NCBI GenBank assembly: GCA_965197645.1
Contig: OZ240219.1
Span: 1,440,001-1,504,000, forward strand
Direction of reading: 5' to 3'
DNA: 64,000 bases
Origin: Dehalococcoidia bacterium
GTDB lineage: Bacteria; Chloroflexota; Dehalococcoidia; Plut-88900
Below, one piece after another: positions 20,853 to 30,609 of this stretch. The notes beneath the pieces were generated by a model. That model made no database searches. It was not told where the DNA came from and saw only the letters and a program-made list of their open reading frames with translations. Both the position numbers and the translations under genes were made by a program. Each line of letters opens with the position of its first letter. The first letter of the stretch is position 1.

Positions 20853-21119
20853 ATCACTCTCCCCTCGTGCTGATGGGTTATGCTGCCTGTTATTGATACA
20901 CCTTTCGGATGACTTTGGGCAACCGCTACCGGATTATGGGAGATTGAAGCAGGGGTTTGCCACCTGTGACCACGGACACTTCCGCGTTCTTTGGCTGAGC
21001 CGCTAGCCTAGTGGTCCTGCGTCCCCCTCATGTCCCGGCGGCGGCGATGATAGAATGGGCCTCGCGACTAGGCGGTCGGAGGGAGAGAAGGGTTTCTCCA
21101 CCTAGAATTGGGACCAAGC

Positions 21120-22283
21120 ATGACCGGACCGAGAGCCGAGAACACCTCGGAAACCGTCTATATGAAGGGCGGGGGCTATTACAGCAGCAACGCCCTCGGA
21201 ACTACCCGCGCGATAAACAGCGCTGTGGGCCTCGTAGAACGGGCAATAAGCGGCATGGACATAGCCGACGAAGACAGGCCCTTCTCGATAGCCGATTACG
21301 GTGCCGCCGATGGAGGGACATCCCTAGACCTATTCCGAAAAGTGATAGAGTTGGTACGGGCAAGAGCGCCTGTTCGTCCCATTATCATTACCTACAACGA
21401 TTTGCCAAGAAACGATTTCTCGGCCCTGTTCACCATAGTTAGCGGAGAGAATGACAGCCTCGGCATCCGTAGCTATCTAGAAGACTACGACAACGTGTTC
21501 GTGACCGCCTCCGGCGCCTCCTTCTATCAACAAGTCCTCCCGAACGACTCGGTGGACTTTGGCTTTTCAGCGACCTCATTCCACTGGTTAAGTGAAAAGC
21601 CCGGCATCGTTTCCAATCACATCCACTCCGTAGGGGCGGCGGGCGAAGAGCTGGAGAAATACGCTGTCCGAGCTAGAGAAGACTGGCAGGCCCTTTTGTT
21701 GCTCCGGGCCGCCGAGCTCCGAAGGGGTGGAAGGCTCTTATTTCTCAACTTTTGTGAGGACGAGGAGGGGCGCTACCTGGGCAACACCGGCGGCGTCAAC
21801 ATGTTTGACTCCTTCAACTCCATCTGGCTGGAGCTGGTGGCCGAGGGGTCGGTTACGAAGGAAGAGTACACAAATGCCGCCTTCCCCCAATACTACAGAA
21901 ATGTGGAGGAGTTTGCCGCTCCCTTCTCCGAGCCGGACGGCGAGACCAGAAAAGCCGGCCTTTCTCTCAATCATATCGAGACCAGGGTCATCGACTGCCC
22001 TTTCGAAGAGACATTTGGACAGACGGGAGACCTGGAAAGCTTTGCCAGGGAGTACACCGCCACGATACGTTCCTGGAGCGAGAGCACCTTTTACAACAGC
22101 CTCGATCCCTCCCGTCCCGCCGACGAGAGATCGGGAACAATTGATGAGCTGTACCGAAAATACGAACGCCTGGTTAAAAGAGCGCCTGTGGGACACGGCA
22201 TGGCCCACGTATACGCTAACATGGTGATCTCCAAGGCCGGATGTGGAAAGACAGACCCGTTGCCGCACCCCATGGAAAGCTAG
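21120..22283 (+). CDS. SABATH-type (SAM-dependent carboxyl/N) methyltransferase
   Basis: MKGGGYYS.N, IADYG.ADG.TS, NDLP.NDF..LF, SFY.Q.LP, FSATSFHWLS, DW...L..RA.EL..GG and PQYYR. Confidence 0.85.
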   Translation: MTGPRAENTSETVYMKGGGYYSSNALGTTRAINSAVGLVERAISGMDIADEDRPFSIADYGAADGGTSLDLFRKVIELVRARAPVRPIIITYNDLPRNDFSALFTIVSGENDSLGIRSYLEDYDNVFVTASGASFYQQVLPNDSVDFGFSATSFHWLSEKPGIVSNHIHSVGAAGEELEKYAVRAREDWQALLLLRAAELRRGGRLLFLNFCEDEEGRYLGNTGGVNMFDSFNSIWLELVAEGSVTKEEYTNAAFPQYYRNVEEFAAPFSEPDGETRKAGLSLNHIETRVIDCPFEETFGQTGDLESFAREYTATIRSWSESTFYNSLDPSRPADERSGTIDELYRKYERLVKRAPVGHGMAHVYANMVISKAGCGKTDPLPHPMES

Positions 22284-23516
22284 ATGGACCAAGAGAACCG
22301 CCCCCCTCGATACAGATGGTTAGTCCTCGGTACGTGGATGACCGGCCACGTATGGAGCTACATCATAGTTAGCAGTCTGGGCTTTCTGCTGCCGGTCATG
22401 AGGGTAGAATTGGATCTGAGGCCGACTGGGGAGGGCCTACTGGGTTCCGCTCCCCAGGCCGCAAATCTGATGTTCGCCCTTCTGTTCGGGTGGCTGTTGA
22501 CCAACTTCGGGCCCAAGCGGTTATCTTCCATCAGCTTCTTCCTTGGGGCCGGCCTGGCCTTCTTCCAGGGCTGGGCTCCCGGTTTCCTCGTTCTCCTGCT
22601 GGGTCGCTTTCTGTTCGGAGTCGCCTCCATCGCCCGGGAGCCGGCCCGGATTCTTCTGGTGAGGCAGTGGATACCCGCCAACGAGATAGTGTTAGCCAAC
22701 GCCCTGGTCAACTTCTTCTACGGCATAGTTGGCGTAGGCTTCGTCCTCACGCCGTTGCTGCTCAAACTCTTAGACGATAGCTGGAGAGACACGCTGTACG
22801 TATACGGAATCGTGTCCCTGGTCCTCGCCGTCCTATGGCAGATCATCGGTAGAGAGCGGAGCACGTTTGAATACGAACGGGAGGTCCGGTCCCAGGACGT
22901 CCATCCTTTGGGGACCATCATGAGGTACAAGGAGCTATGGATTCTGGGGTTTGCGATGATGGGGGTCGGCTTTAGCTACTCGGCGTTCAGCGTCTTCTGG
23001 CCCAGCTACGTGTTGGACAAGTACGATATCTCCCTGACCATGTCGGCGCTGGTGATGGGAATTGGGGGAGGCTTGTCCGCCATCACCGGATTTGGGGTGG
23101 GTTTCCTAGTCAGGAGAATAGGCCGCAAAAGGCAGATGTTGTTCCTGGCCGGGCTGCTGCTGGGTCTGACTTCAGCTGGCCTCCTTTGGACAGGATCGAT
23201 CCCGATTCTCCTGCTGCTGTTCCTGATACAAAGCTTCGGCTGGTCATTTTTCCCGATCATCATGACCATTCCCTTCGAGCTGCCGGGGATCAAGCCTCGT
23301 GAAGTGGCCGTGGCTGCTACCTTCCTGGAATCGATACTTTGGATAGGAGCGCTCTTGGGTCCGATTCTGGCCGGCGCCATTCAGGACATCTCCGGAGATC
23401 TCCGGTTGGGGCTGTTGGTCACAGGCCTCTTGGCCCTGACAATGACGATTGGAAGCTATCGTCTGCCTCGGGCCTGGGACAGGCCGACCATCGAACCACA
23501 GCTGGCCAGCACGTAG
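22284..23516 (+). CDS. MFS transporter
   Basis: About 12 hydrophobic segments; paralogue of 51904-53160 (shared TIPFELP.IKPRE.AVA). Confidence 0.88.
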   Translation: MDQENRPPRYRWLVLGTWMTGHVWSYIIVSSLGFLLPVMRVELDLRPTGEGLLGSAPQAANLMFALLFGWLLTNFGPKRLSSISFFLGAGLAFFQGWAPGFLVLLLGRFLFGVASIAREPARILLVRQWIPANEIVLANALVNFFYGIVGVGFVLTPLLLKLLDDSWRDTLYVYGIVSLVLAVLWQIIGRERSTFEYEREVRSQDVHPLGTIMRYKELWILGFAMMGVGFSYSAFSVFWPSYVLDKYDISLTMSALVMGIGGGLSAITGFGVGFLVRRIGRKRQMLFLAGLLLGLTSAGLLWTGSIPILLLLFLIQSFGWSFFPIIMTIPFELPGIKPREVAVAATFLESILWIGALLGPILAGAIQDISGDLRLGLLVTGLLALTMTIGSYRLPRAWDRPTIEPQLAST

Positions 23517-23686
23517 GGGCTACCAGTCTCCAGCTTAGTCACGTAGCGGTTCGGGGGGGCCCTACGATTCAATCCGGCGGCTTGACGATACGTCGGTTGG
23601 GGGAATACGATGACTCACCGTCCACCCAACAAAGATGATCTGCAACGCGCCGAGTTGACCTTCATGTAGGAAAGGAGAGGGCAAAC

Positions 23687-24940
23687 ATGGATAGTGGAGA
23701 CACCGGTTGGGTCCTGGCCTCATCAGCCTTGGTCCTGTTAATGACTCCAGGACTAGCCTTTTTCTACGCCGGGCTGGTGCGCACAAAGAATGCGCTGGCC
23801 ACCATTATGCAGAGTTTCATGGCCATAGCCCTGGTGGGAGTGTCCTGGGTTCTCTGGGGGTATAGTCTGGCCTTCGGCCCAGATGTCGGGGGGTTCATTG
23901 GCAACCTGGACTATATCGGCCTTAGAGGGGTCTCGGCGATAGCGGCTGGCCCGTACTCCGATACCATCCCTCACCAGACCTTCATGATCTTTCAAGCTAT
24001 GTTTGCCATCATCACCCCGGCCCTTATAACCGGGGCCTTTGCTGAGCGTATGAAGTTCAGCAGCTTCGTGATATTCATATTAGCCTGGTCCACAATCGTG
24101 TACACGCCGCTGGCACACTGGGTCTGGGGAGACGGTGGATGGCTGGGATTGAGCGGTTGGGGCGCTCTGGACTTCGCTGGAGGCGCCGTAGTGCACATCA
24201 GCTCGGGAGTGGCGGCGTTGGCCGCGGCCCTCGTCTTCGGGAGGCGCCAAGGGCACGGGAAAGAGCCCATGGAGCCTCACAACATTCCGTTTGTAGTCCT
24301 GGGAGCGGCGTTGCTCTGGTTCGGCTGGTTCGGGTTCAACGCCGGAAGCGCACTGGCCTCGGGAGGCAGCGCCACCTCCGCCTTCGTGGTTACCAACACC
24401 TCGGCCGCCACGGGAGCACTGACCTGGGTTGCCCTCCACTGGTTGCGCACCGGCAGGACCACATCCGTCGTCGGAGCCGCCACGGGCGCCATAGTTGGCC
24501 TGGCGGCCATCACCCCTGCAGCGGGGTTCGTCGGGCCGATGCCGGCGATACTCATCGGGCTGGTGGCCGGAGTTCTGTGCTACTCGGCAGTCCTGTTGAA
24601 AAACAAGATGAAGCTGGACGACTCCCTGGATGTTTGGGCCGTTCACGGCGTTGGCGGGACCTGGGGAATCCTTGCCGCGGGCATCTTTGTAGGAATAGGA
24701 TTCTTGGGGATCTCCGACCATGTTCTCGAGGGTGTCGGACGGGGAGAGCAGATCCTACGACAGCTGGGGGCTATCGGCGCCGGTTGGGGATGGACTTTCG
24801 TCACGACGCTGCTGATTTTGTACGCCTTGAAATACACGATAGGATTGAGGGTAAGCGAACAAGAGGAGCACGCCGGGTTGGACATCTCTCAGCATGGGGA
24901 GGAGGCTTACAAACCCCAGCCCAGCGACTTGGACTCTTAA
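23687..24940 (+). CDS. amtB: Ammonium transporter
   Basis: MDSGDT.W.L.S.ALVLLMTPGLAFFY.G, FQ.MFA.IT, DFAGG.VVH, LWFGWFGFNAGS, DD.LDV..VHG.GG (twin His) and GLD...HGE.AY. Confidence 0.97.
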   Translation: MDSGDTGWVLASSALVLLMTPGLAFFYAGLVRTKNALATIMQSFMAIALVGVSWVLWGYSLAFGPDVGGFIGNLDYIGLRGVSAIAAGPYSDTIPHQTFMIFQAMFAIITPALITGAFAERMKFSSFVIFILAWSTIVYTPLAHWVWGDGGWLGLSGWGALDFAGGAVVHISSGVAALAAALVFGRRQGHGKEPMEPHNIPFVVLGAALLWFGWFGFNAGSALASGGSATSAFVVTNTSAATGALTWVALHWLRTGRTTSVVGAATGAIVGLAAITPAAGFVGPMPAILIGLVAGVLCYSAVLLKNKMKLDDSLDVWAVHGVGGTWGILAAGIFVGIGFLGISDHVLEGVGRGEQILRQLGAIGAGWGWTFVTTLLILYALKYTIGLRVSEQEEHAGLDISQHGEEAYKPQPSDLDS

Positions 24941-25062
24941 ACCGAGACCGAAGGCGCCGGCCCCGAACTTTTGGGCGTCAACCCTTGGAGAGCCATGCTA
25001 GAATTAGCAAAAAGAGCACCGGGTAGTAAAGACCAGCAATAGTCTGTCAACGGAGGGTAAGA

Positions 25063-26385
25063 ATGACAGCTAAAGATTCGACAGCGGGCGTGGATTTCGC
25101 CGGGCTGAAACAGGCGGCACTGGACAACTACTGGATGCCGTTCACCCAGTACAACGACATGGCCGAGCCCGACGGGCTGATGTTCATCGTTGACGGGGAT
25201 GGCATCCGGCTCACGGACAGCGAGGGCAAGAGCTATATCGATGGCATCGGTGGGCTGTTCCTGGTAAACGCCGGCCATGGCCGGAAGGAGATCGCCGATG
25301 CCGTAGCGGAGCAGCTCAACCACGTCCACTATGCCAGCACCTTTTCCTACGCCAACATCCCTGCCGTCCAGCTGGCCCAGCGGATAGCGGGCCTGGCGCC
25401 AGGAGACCTGAACAAGGTGTTCTTTGCCAGTGGTGGCTCGGAAGCTGTGGACACGGCGCTGAAGATAGCCCGCCAGTACCACGTAAACAACGGCGAGCCC
25501 CAGAGAACCAAGTTAATCGCTCGAAAGCACTCGTACCACGGCGTCAGCATGGGGGCATTGAGCGTAAACAGCTCGGCCTTCGTACAGAGGGGTATCTGGG
25601 AGCCGATGTTGGCCCAGGTACGCTTCGTGGGCAACAGTGCGGAAGAGGTCGAGGAGCTGGTGGAGTTCGAAGGACCCGACTCCTTCGCCGCCTTCATAAC
25701 CGAGCCCATCTCCATAAGCAAGGGCGTCGAGGTACCCCCCGATGACTACTGGCCCAAGCTGCGTGAGATCTGCGACAAGCACGGCATTCTGCTAATCGCC
25801 GACGAGGTCATCAACGGGTTCGGTCGCACTGGCAAGATGTTCGCCATGGAGCACTGGGGTGTAACCGCCGACATGATGACCTTCGCCAAGGGAGTCACCA
25901 GCGGATACCAGCCCGTGGGTGGGGTAGTTGCCAGGCCCAAGGTAACCGATGCCTTCGTGGGAGATCACTCGAAGACCTTCGCCCATGGCTACACCTACTC
26001 CGGGCATCCGGCCGGCGCAGCCGCCGGGCTGGCCAACCTCGACATCATCGAAGGCGAGAACCTGGTGCAGAACGCCGCGGAAATGGGCGGCTACATGATG
26101 GACCAACTCAGCGCCCTAAAAGAGCACTCCATCGTCAAGGAAGTCCGAGGCAAGGGGCTTCTGATGGGGATGGAGATGGTCAAGGACAAGGCCAAGGACG
26201 AGCCCTTTGAGTACGGCGATCCCATGATCAAGAGCCTGAACAAGAAGCTGATCGACAAGGGCCTGTTGACCCGCGCCGAGCCCTACCTCTACATCTCCCC
26301 GCCTCTCAGCATCACCAAGTCCGAAGTGGATGAGATGGTCACCATCATAGCCGAGTCCATATCGGAGGTGGAGCAGGGGAAGTAA
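25063..26385 (+). CDS. Class III PLP aminotransferase (omega-amino acid/polyamine type)
   Basis: W.PFTQ, YIDG.GGL..VN.GHGR, GGSEAVDTALK, SYHG, ADEVI.GFGRTG, FAKG.TSGY.P and HGYTYSGHP. Confidence 0.93.
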   Translation: MTAKDSTAGVDFAGLKQAALDNYWMPFTQYNDMAEPDGLMFIVDGDGIRLTDSEGKSYIDGIGGLFLVNAGHGRKEIADAVAEQLNHVHYASTFSYANIPAVQLAQRIAGLAPGDLNKVFFASGGSEAVDTALKIARQYHVNNGEPQRTKLIARKHSYHGVSMGALSVNSSAFVQRGIWEPMLAQVRFVGNSAEEVEELVEFEGPDSFAAFITEPISISKGVEVPPDDYWPKLREICDKHGILLIADEVINGFGRTGKMFAMEHWGVTADMMTFAKGVTSGYQPVGGVVARPKVTDAFVGDHSKTFAHGYTYSGHPAGAAAGLANLDIIEGENLVQNAAEMGGYMMDQLSALKEHSIVKEVRGKGLLMGMEMVKDKAKDEPFEYGDPMIKSLNKKLIDKGLLTRAEPYLYISPPLSITKSEVDEMVTIIAESISEVEQGK

Positions 26386-26418
26386 GCGTTCGGAGATAGA
26401 CGTCGAAACGGAACGTCG

Positions 26419-26466
26419 GGGGCCGCCTTACTTCCCAGAAAGTAAGGCGGCCCCTTCGTTTTTGTT
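26419..26466 (+). terminator. Intrinsic terminator
   Basis: GGGGCCGCCTTACTT-CCCAGA-AAGTAAGGCGGCCCC followed by TTCGTTTTTG. Confidence 0.85.
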
Positions 26467-26493
26467 GTAAAACCGGTTCAACAGGAAGATAAA

Positions 26494-27096
26494 GTGGCTA
26501 TCAACTTCTATTATGTATACGCCTTGAAAGATCCTAGGCAATCTCCGGCAAATCCGTTCTACATCGGCAAGGGAACAGGAAGCCGTGCGTACGACCACAT
26601 TGTCACGCCCGACAACACAAAGAAATACTCCAGAATTCGTGAGGTAGTCGACTCCGGCAAGAGGCCGATAATAACCATCCTTGCCGATGATCTCACCGAA
26701 TCTCAGGCGCTCAAACTGGAAGCTGAATTGATTGCCGCCTTTGGTACGGAAGCCTCAGGAGGCTTGCTTACGAACTCGGTGCTTCCAACTGGCCTCGGCG
26801 GCAAGGCGAGGAAGGGTCTTGTCTTGCCACAAGGAGCAGTAGAACGTGCCCAGATTGGACTTGATTTGGTTAAATCTGCCATCCTCGAACTCGCCGAAGC
26901 TAATTCAGGTGGTGTTACGAACGCTGATGCTGCTAGCCTCCTTGGGCTGCGTAGTGACTATCGCGGTCGGCAGAAGGACTACTTGTCGTATAGCGTATTG
27001 GGGTTGCTTTTGAGAGAAGGCAAAATACGTCGAGACGGAAGACGCCATAAAGTAAACACGCCAGATGCCGAACAGCAGCTTGAGGCGACCGCATGA
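26494..27096 (+). CDS. GIY-YIG (LEM-3-like) nuclease family protein
   Basis: YYVYAL.DPR...PFYIGKG.G.R..H, A..LE..LI..FG and LTN; probable C-terminal winged helix. Confidence 0.85.
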   Translation: MAINFYYVYALKDPRQSPANPFYIGKGTGSRAYDHIVTPDNTKKYSRIREVVDSGKRPIITILADDLTESQALKLEAELIAAFGTEASGGLLTNSVLPTGLGGKARKGLVLPQGAVERAQIGLDLVKSAILELAEANSGGVTNADAASLLGLRSDYRGRQKDYLSYSVLGLLLREGKIRRDGRRHKVNTPDAEQQLEATA

Positions 27097-27169
27097 ACCG
27101 GATCGGTTCAGTGCCCAGGGTTCTACCCGACTCGGCGGTATCAGATTGCGTCGGGTGAGTTCGATAGAG

Positions 27170-27964
27170 ATGCGGCTATCTAGCAGCCAGCAGAATGTGT
27201 TGGACCGGTTTGTAGAGGCCTGCGACAAAGACGAGCGCGTAGTGGCCGCGTTTCTGGGTGGGTCCCATGCCAGCGACACCGCCGACGAGCACTCGGACCT
27301 GGATCTGGGGCTGATCACCACCGATGAAGCCCATGAAGACTTCTACACCGGGCGAGAGTCCTTCATACGGCAGTTGGGTGAACCGGCGCTGGTAGAAGAC
27401 TTCGATCTCCCCAACGTCCTGTTCTTCATCCTCGCCGATGGCACCGAGTGTGAGCTTGCCATCGGTCGGGAGGGGGATTACATCCGTATCCACGGCGGGC
27501 CTTACCGGGTCTTGGTGGACAAGAAAGGCGTGCTGGACGGAGTGGTCTACCCTCTGCACGAGGTTCACCTAGACGAGCAGAAGGAAGTGTTGCGTCGCCT
27601 GGTCTACTGGTTCTGGCACGACCTGTCCCATTTCATAACGGCGATGGCTCGTGGGCAGCTATGGTGGGCCTACGGTCAGCTGGAGGCGCTGCGCCTGCAA
27701 TGCGTCGACCTGGCGCGTCTCCGACACGACTTCTCAGCCGAGGCGCTAGGCTACGAAAAGATGGAGAAGGCAGTGCCGGTGGATCTGTTGGCGCCTCTGC
27801 AATCTACGTTTTGCCCCATGGAACGGGAGGCGATGCTGGAGGCCGGTCTCGCCATCGTACGGTTCTACAAGGAGCTGGCTCCCGGCCTGACTCAGACCCA
27901 CGGGCTAACCTACCCGGAAGACCTGCAGCGGGTGATGTGCGATAGGCTGGAGAGATTGACCTGA
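27170..27964 (+). CDS. Pol-beta-superfamily nucleotidyltransferase (aminoglycoside/lincosamide adenylyltransferase-like)
   Basis: FLGGS.A...ADE.SDLD (GS..DxD) with a helical C-terminal domain (RG.LW.A...LE.LR). ATG 27170 preferred over 27065. Confidence 0.75.
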   Translation: MRLSSSQQNVLDRFVEACDKDERVVAAFLGGSHASDTADEHSDLDLGLITTDEAHEDFYTGRESFIRQLGEPALVEDFDLPNVLFFILADGTECELAIGREGDYIRIHGGPYRVLVDKKGVLDGVVYPLHEVHLDEQKEVLRRLVYWFWHDLSHFITAMARGQLWWAYGQLEALRLQCVDLARLRHDFSAEALGYEKMEKAVPVDLLAPLQSTFCPMEREAMLEAGLAIVRFYKELAPGLTQTHGLTYPEDLQRVMCDRLERLT

Positions 27965-28040
27965 CTACCGGGTGGCAGAGTGTTGAAAAGCTCCCCTCCA
28001 TAAACACAGGCACTGCTCACTTGTAAGAAAGCCTGACCTA

Positions 28041-28089
28041 AGATTGCCGAGCCCCGACAAAGAAGATTCCTCGATGGACTCGGAATGAC
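28041..28089 (-). repeat. REP-like dispersed repeat (CGTCATT[C/G]CG...GGCAATCT family)
   Basis: Reverse complement matches 49442-49490 at 41/49 positions by manual alignment. Confidence 0.8.
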
Positions 28090-28229
28090 GGAGGCAAGAG
28101 CACTCCCTTCGCGACCATCTCATTGGTGCCCTGGCCGGCCGGGAAAGAATCCATTATCGTTAGCACTTTATTTCACAGACGTCACGGGCTACAATACAGT
28201 TGTAACAGTTTCGGAGGCGCCGCACCCAG

Positions 28230-29405
28230 ATGACTAAGAGCACGGCTGAAGTGGAGACGGGATCTTTCAGGCCGACCCGGGCCGACATAGACCTTCGTAA
28301 CCTGGAGCACAACTACCAGTTTCTCCGGAGCCGAATCGACCGCCGGGTGAAAATGATAGCGGTGGTCAAGGCCGAGGCCTACGGGCATGGCGCAATCGAG
28401 ATCTCCAGGACCCTGGACAAGCTGGGCGCCGATGCCTTCGCCGTGGCCATCACGGAGGAGGGCGTGGCCCTGCGGCAGGCGGGTATCGAAAAGCCGATCA
28501 TCGTGTTCGGCAGCGTGCCGCCCGGCCAGGAGGAGCTGTTCCTCAGAAGTAACCTGACACCGGCTATTCACACCCTGGACTCGTTGGAGCGGCTCTCTCA
28601 GACGGCCACATCCCGGGGACAAGTGGCGTCCTACCACCTCAAGATAGATACAGGAATGGGGCGGATGGGGGTGGACTACCGGCAGCTTAGCTCGTTCCTG
28701 GACCAGGCCCAGGAGATCCCCGCCATAAAGATGGAGGGGGTCTTCACCCACCTGGCTTCGGCTGATGAGGACTCCAGCGATTACTCGGCCCTCCAGTTGG
28801 AGAGGTTCAGGGAATCGGTGGCGGAGTTGGACAAAAGAGGCATCCAGGTGGACATGATTCACGCCGCCAACAGCGCCGGTCTCCTCTTCCACCCCGAGTC
28901 CTGGTTCGATGCCGTCAGACCGGGACTGTCACTCTACGGCATCAACCCCAACAGTCGTAGGGAAAGGTGCGAGCTGGAGCCGGTCCTCTCCTTCAAGACG
29001 GCGATATCATATCTGCGCAAGGTGCCGGTGGGCTCGCCGCTGGGATACGGCGGCACCTTTACTACGCAAAGGGAGAGCCTCATCGCCGGAATACCCGTCG
29101 GGTACGCCGACGGCCTCAACTTCCTGCTGTCCAACAAGGGGAAGGTCATAGTTCGGGACACCTACGCGCCCATTGTCGGCCGGGTCAGCATGGATACGAC
29201 GCTGATAGACGTCACAGGCATCCCGCAGGTGACCCATGGCGACGAGGTGATTCTGATCGGTCAGAGCGAATCGGTTTCGCTGACTGCGGAAGATGTGGCG
29301 GAGCAGGTGGGAACCATCCCCTACGAGATCCTGTGCAACATCAGCAAACGGGTGCCCAGGGTGTGCATCCCATCCGAAGGAGCGGAGGCAACCGCCCGGG
29401 GCTAA
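28230..29405 (+). CDS. alr: Alanine racemase
   Basis: AVVKA.AYGHG (PLP Lys), HLKIDTGMGR.G, FTHLA.AD, HAANSA, VRPGL.LYG, GYGG, VGYADG, GRVSMD and TIPYE. Confidence 0.95.
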   Translation: MTKSTAEVETGSFRPTRADIDLRNLEHNYQFLRSRIDRRVKMIAVVKAEAYGHGAIEISRTLDKLGADAFAVAITEEGVALRQAGIEKPIIVFGSVPPGQEELFLRSNLTPAIHTLDSLERLSQTATSRGQVASYHLKIDTGMGRMGVDYRQLSSFLDQAQEIPAIKMEGVFTHLASADEDSSDYSALQLERFRESVAELDKRGIQVDMIHAANSAGLLFHPESWFDAVRPGLSLYGINPNSRRERCELEPVLSFKTAISYLRKVPVGSPLGYGGTFTTQRESLIAGIPVGYADGLNFLLSNKGKVIVRDTYAPIVGRVSMDTTLIDVTGIPQVTHGDEVILIGQSESVSLTAEDVAEQVGTIPYEILCNISKRVPRVCIPSEGAEATARG

Positions 29406-29506
29406 GCCAGCGTTCCTCCCTCAGCTCTCCGTGCTGTAGGGTCCCCCAGGTCGTTCCACGTCTCGCGTTGGTCGGAGCGGGACCCTACCCCAGCCGGTCT
29501 CGGAAG

Positions 29507-30484
29507 CTACTTGCCGAAGACGTTGACCGGCTTGCCGGCCAGGAAGCTCTCGATGTTGTCCAGGGCCATTCCGACTCCCGCCGCGGTGGTCTCGGGAGTG
29601 TGGGCGGCGACGTGAGAAGACAGGATTACGTTGTCGAGCTTCGTCAGAGGGTGACCAGCAGGCAGGGGCTCAGTGGTGAAGACGTCCAGTCCGGCGCCCC
29701 GGATCCGCTTCCCGGACAGGTGCTGCACGAGGGCCTCTTCGTCAATGAGCGCCCCCCGTCCCGTGTTCACCAGTATCGCATCCCGTCTCATCAGGCCCAG
29801 CTGTTCCCGCCCGATGATGCCCTCGGTCTGGTCAGATAGGGCGATGATGACGGCAATGAAGTCCGAGTCCCGGCACAGGCCGTTCAGCTCGACAAACTCG
29901 ACGCCGTACCGAGCGGCCCTCTCCGCGGACGGGTGGAGGGTCCAGGCTACCACTTTCATGCCCAGCAACCGGCCCAGCTCCATGACCCGTTGGGCTATGG
30001 GCCCGGCGCCCACCACTCCCAGCACCTTACCGTGCAGCTCAGCCAGAGGTTGCTTGGGCCACTGGCCCTCCCGCATCGCCTTGTCGATGTTGACGACGTT
30101 CCTCGCCACGGACATCATCAGAGCCAAGGTGTGCTCGGCCACGCCAACAGAGCCGTAGCCGGGGGTGTAGCACACCGTCACTCCCAGGTCTTCGGCGGCC
30201 TGCAGGTCCACGTTGTTCACTCCCGCGGCCCAGATTGAGAGAATCTTCATCCGGGAGCACGCTTCAAAGAGCTCCCGGCTAAAGAAGGAGCTGGCCAGGA
30301 TATTCACCGCGGCATCGGCGTCCTTGCAACGCTCAATGAGGGATTCGGGGGAGGGAGGCATGTCGTTATGGACCGTCACCTGTTGCGCCAGCTCTCGGGC
30401 CCTGGCCTCCAGAGGAGTGCCGCCCAGGGTGCCCGGTCGGTCATCGGGAACGACGAGAAGATTCAGCTTGTTGTCCGGTGACAT
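29507..30484 (-). CDS. D-isomer-specific 2-hydroxyacid dehydrogenase
   Basis: VAEHTL.LM, L.GK.LGVVGAG.I, LVNTGRG.LIDE, GAGLDVF..EP and SSH.A. ATG 30484 has a GGAGG RBS. Confidence 0.92.
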   Translation of the reverse strand: MSPDNKLNLLVVPDDRPGTLGGTPLEARARELAQQVTVHNDMPPSPESLIERCKDADAAVNILASSFFSRELFEACSRMKILSIWAAGVNNVDLQAAEDLGVTVCYTPGYGSVGVAEHTLALMMSVARNVVNIDKAMREGQWPKQPLAELHGKVLGVVGAGPIAQRVMELGRLLGMKVVAWTLHPSAERAARYGVEFVELNGLCRDSDFIAVIIALSDQTEGIIGREQLGLMRRDAILVNTGRGALIDEEALVQHLSGKRIRGAGLDVFTTEPLPAGHPLTKLDNVILSSHVAAHTPETTAAGVGMALDNIESFLAGKPVNVFGK

Positions 30485-30609
30485 GATGCGGCTCCCTCCG
30501 GCTGAACGGGGACGTGGGCTGCCCAGGATTATGGAGAGAGGCGGGTACGCTGTCAACGATGGGACTTCGCTTTATACTTCGCTTAAGCCTGGATATAATG
30601 ACGTTGAAG

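Noticed and set aside
26494-27096. GIY-YIG gene as an intron-encoded homing endonuclease
   Set aside because: It is free-standing after a terminator; no interrupted host gene or intron structure is visible.
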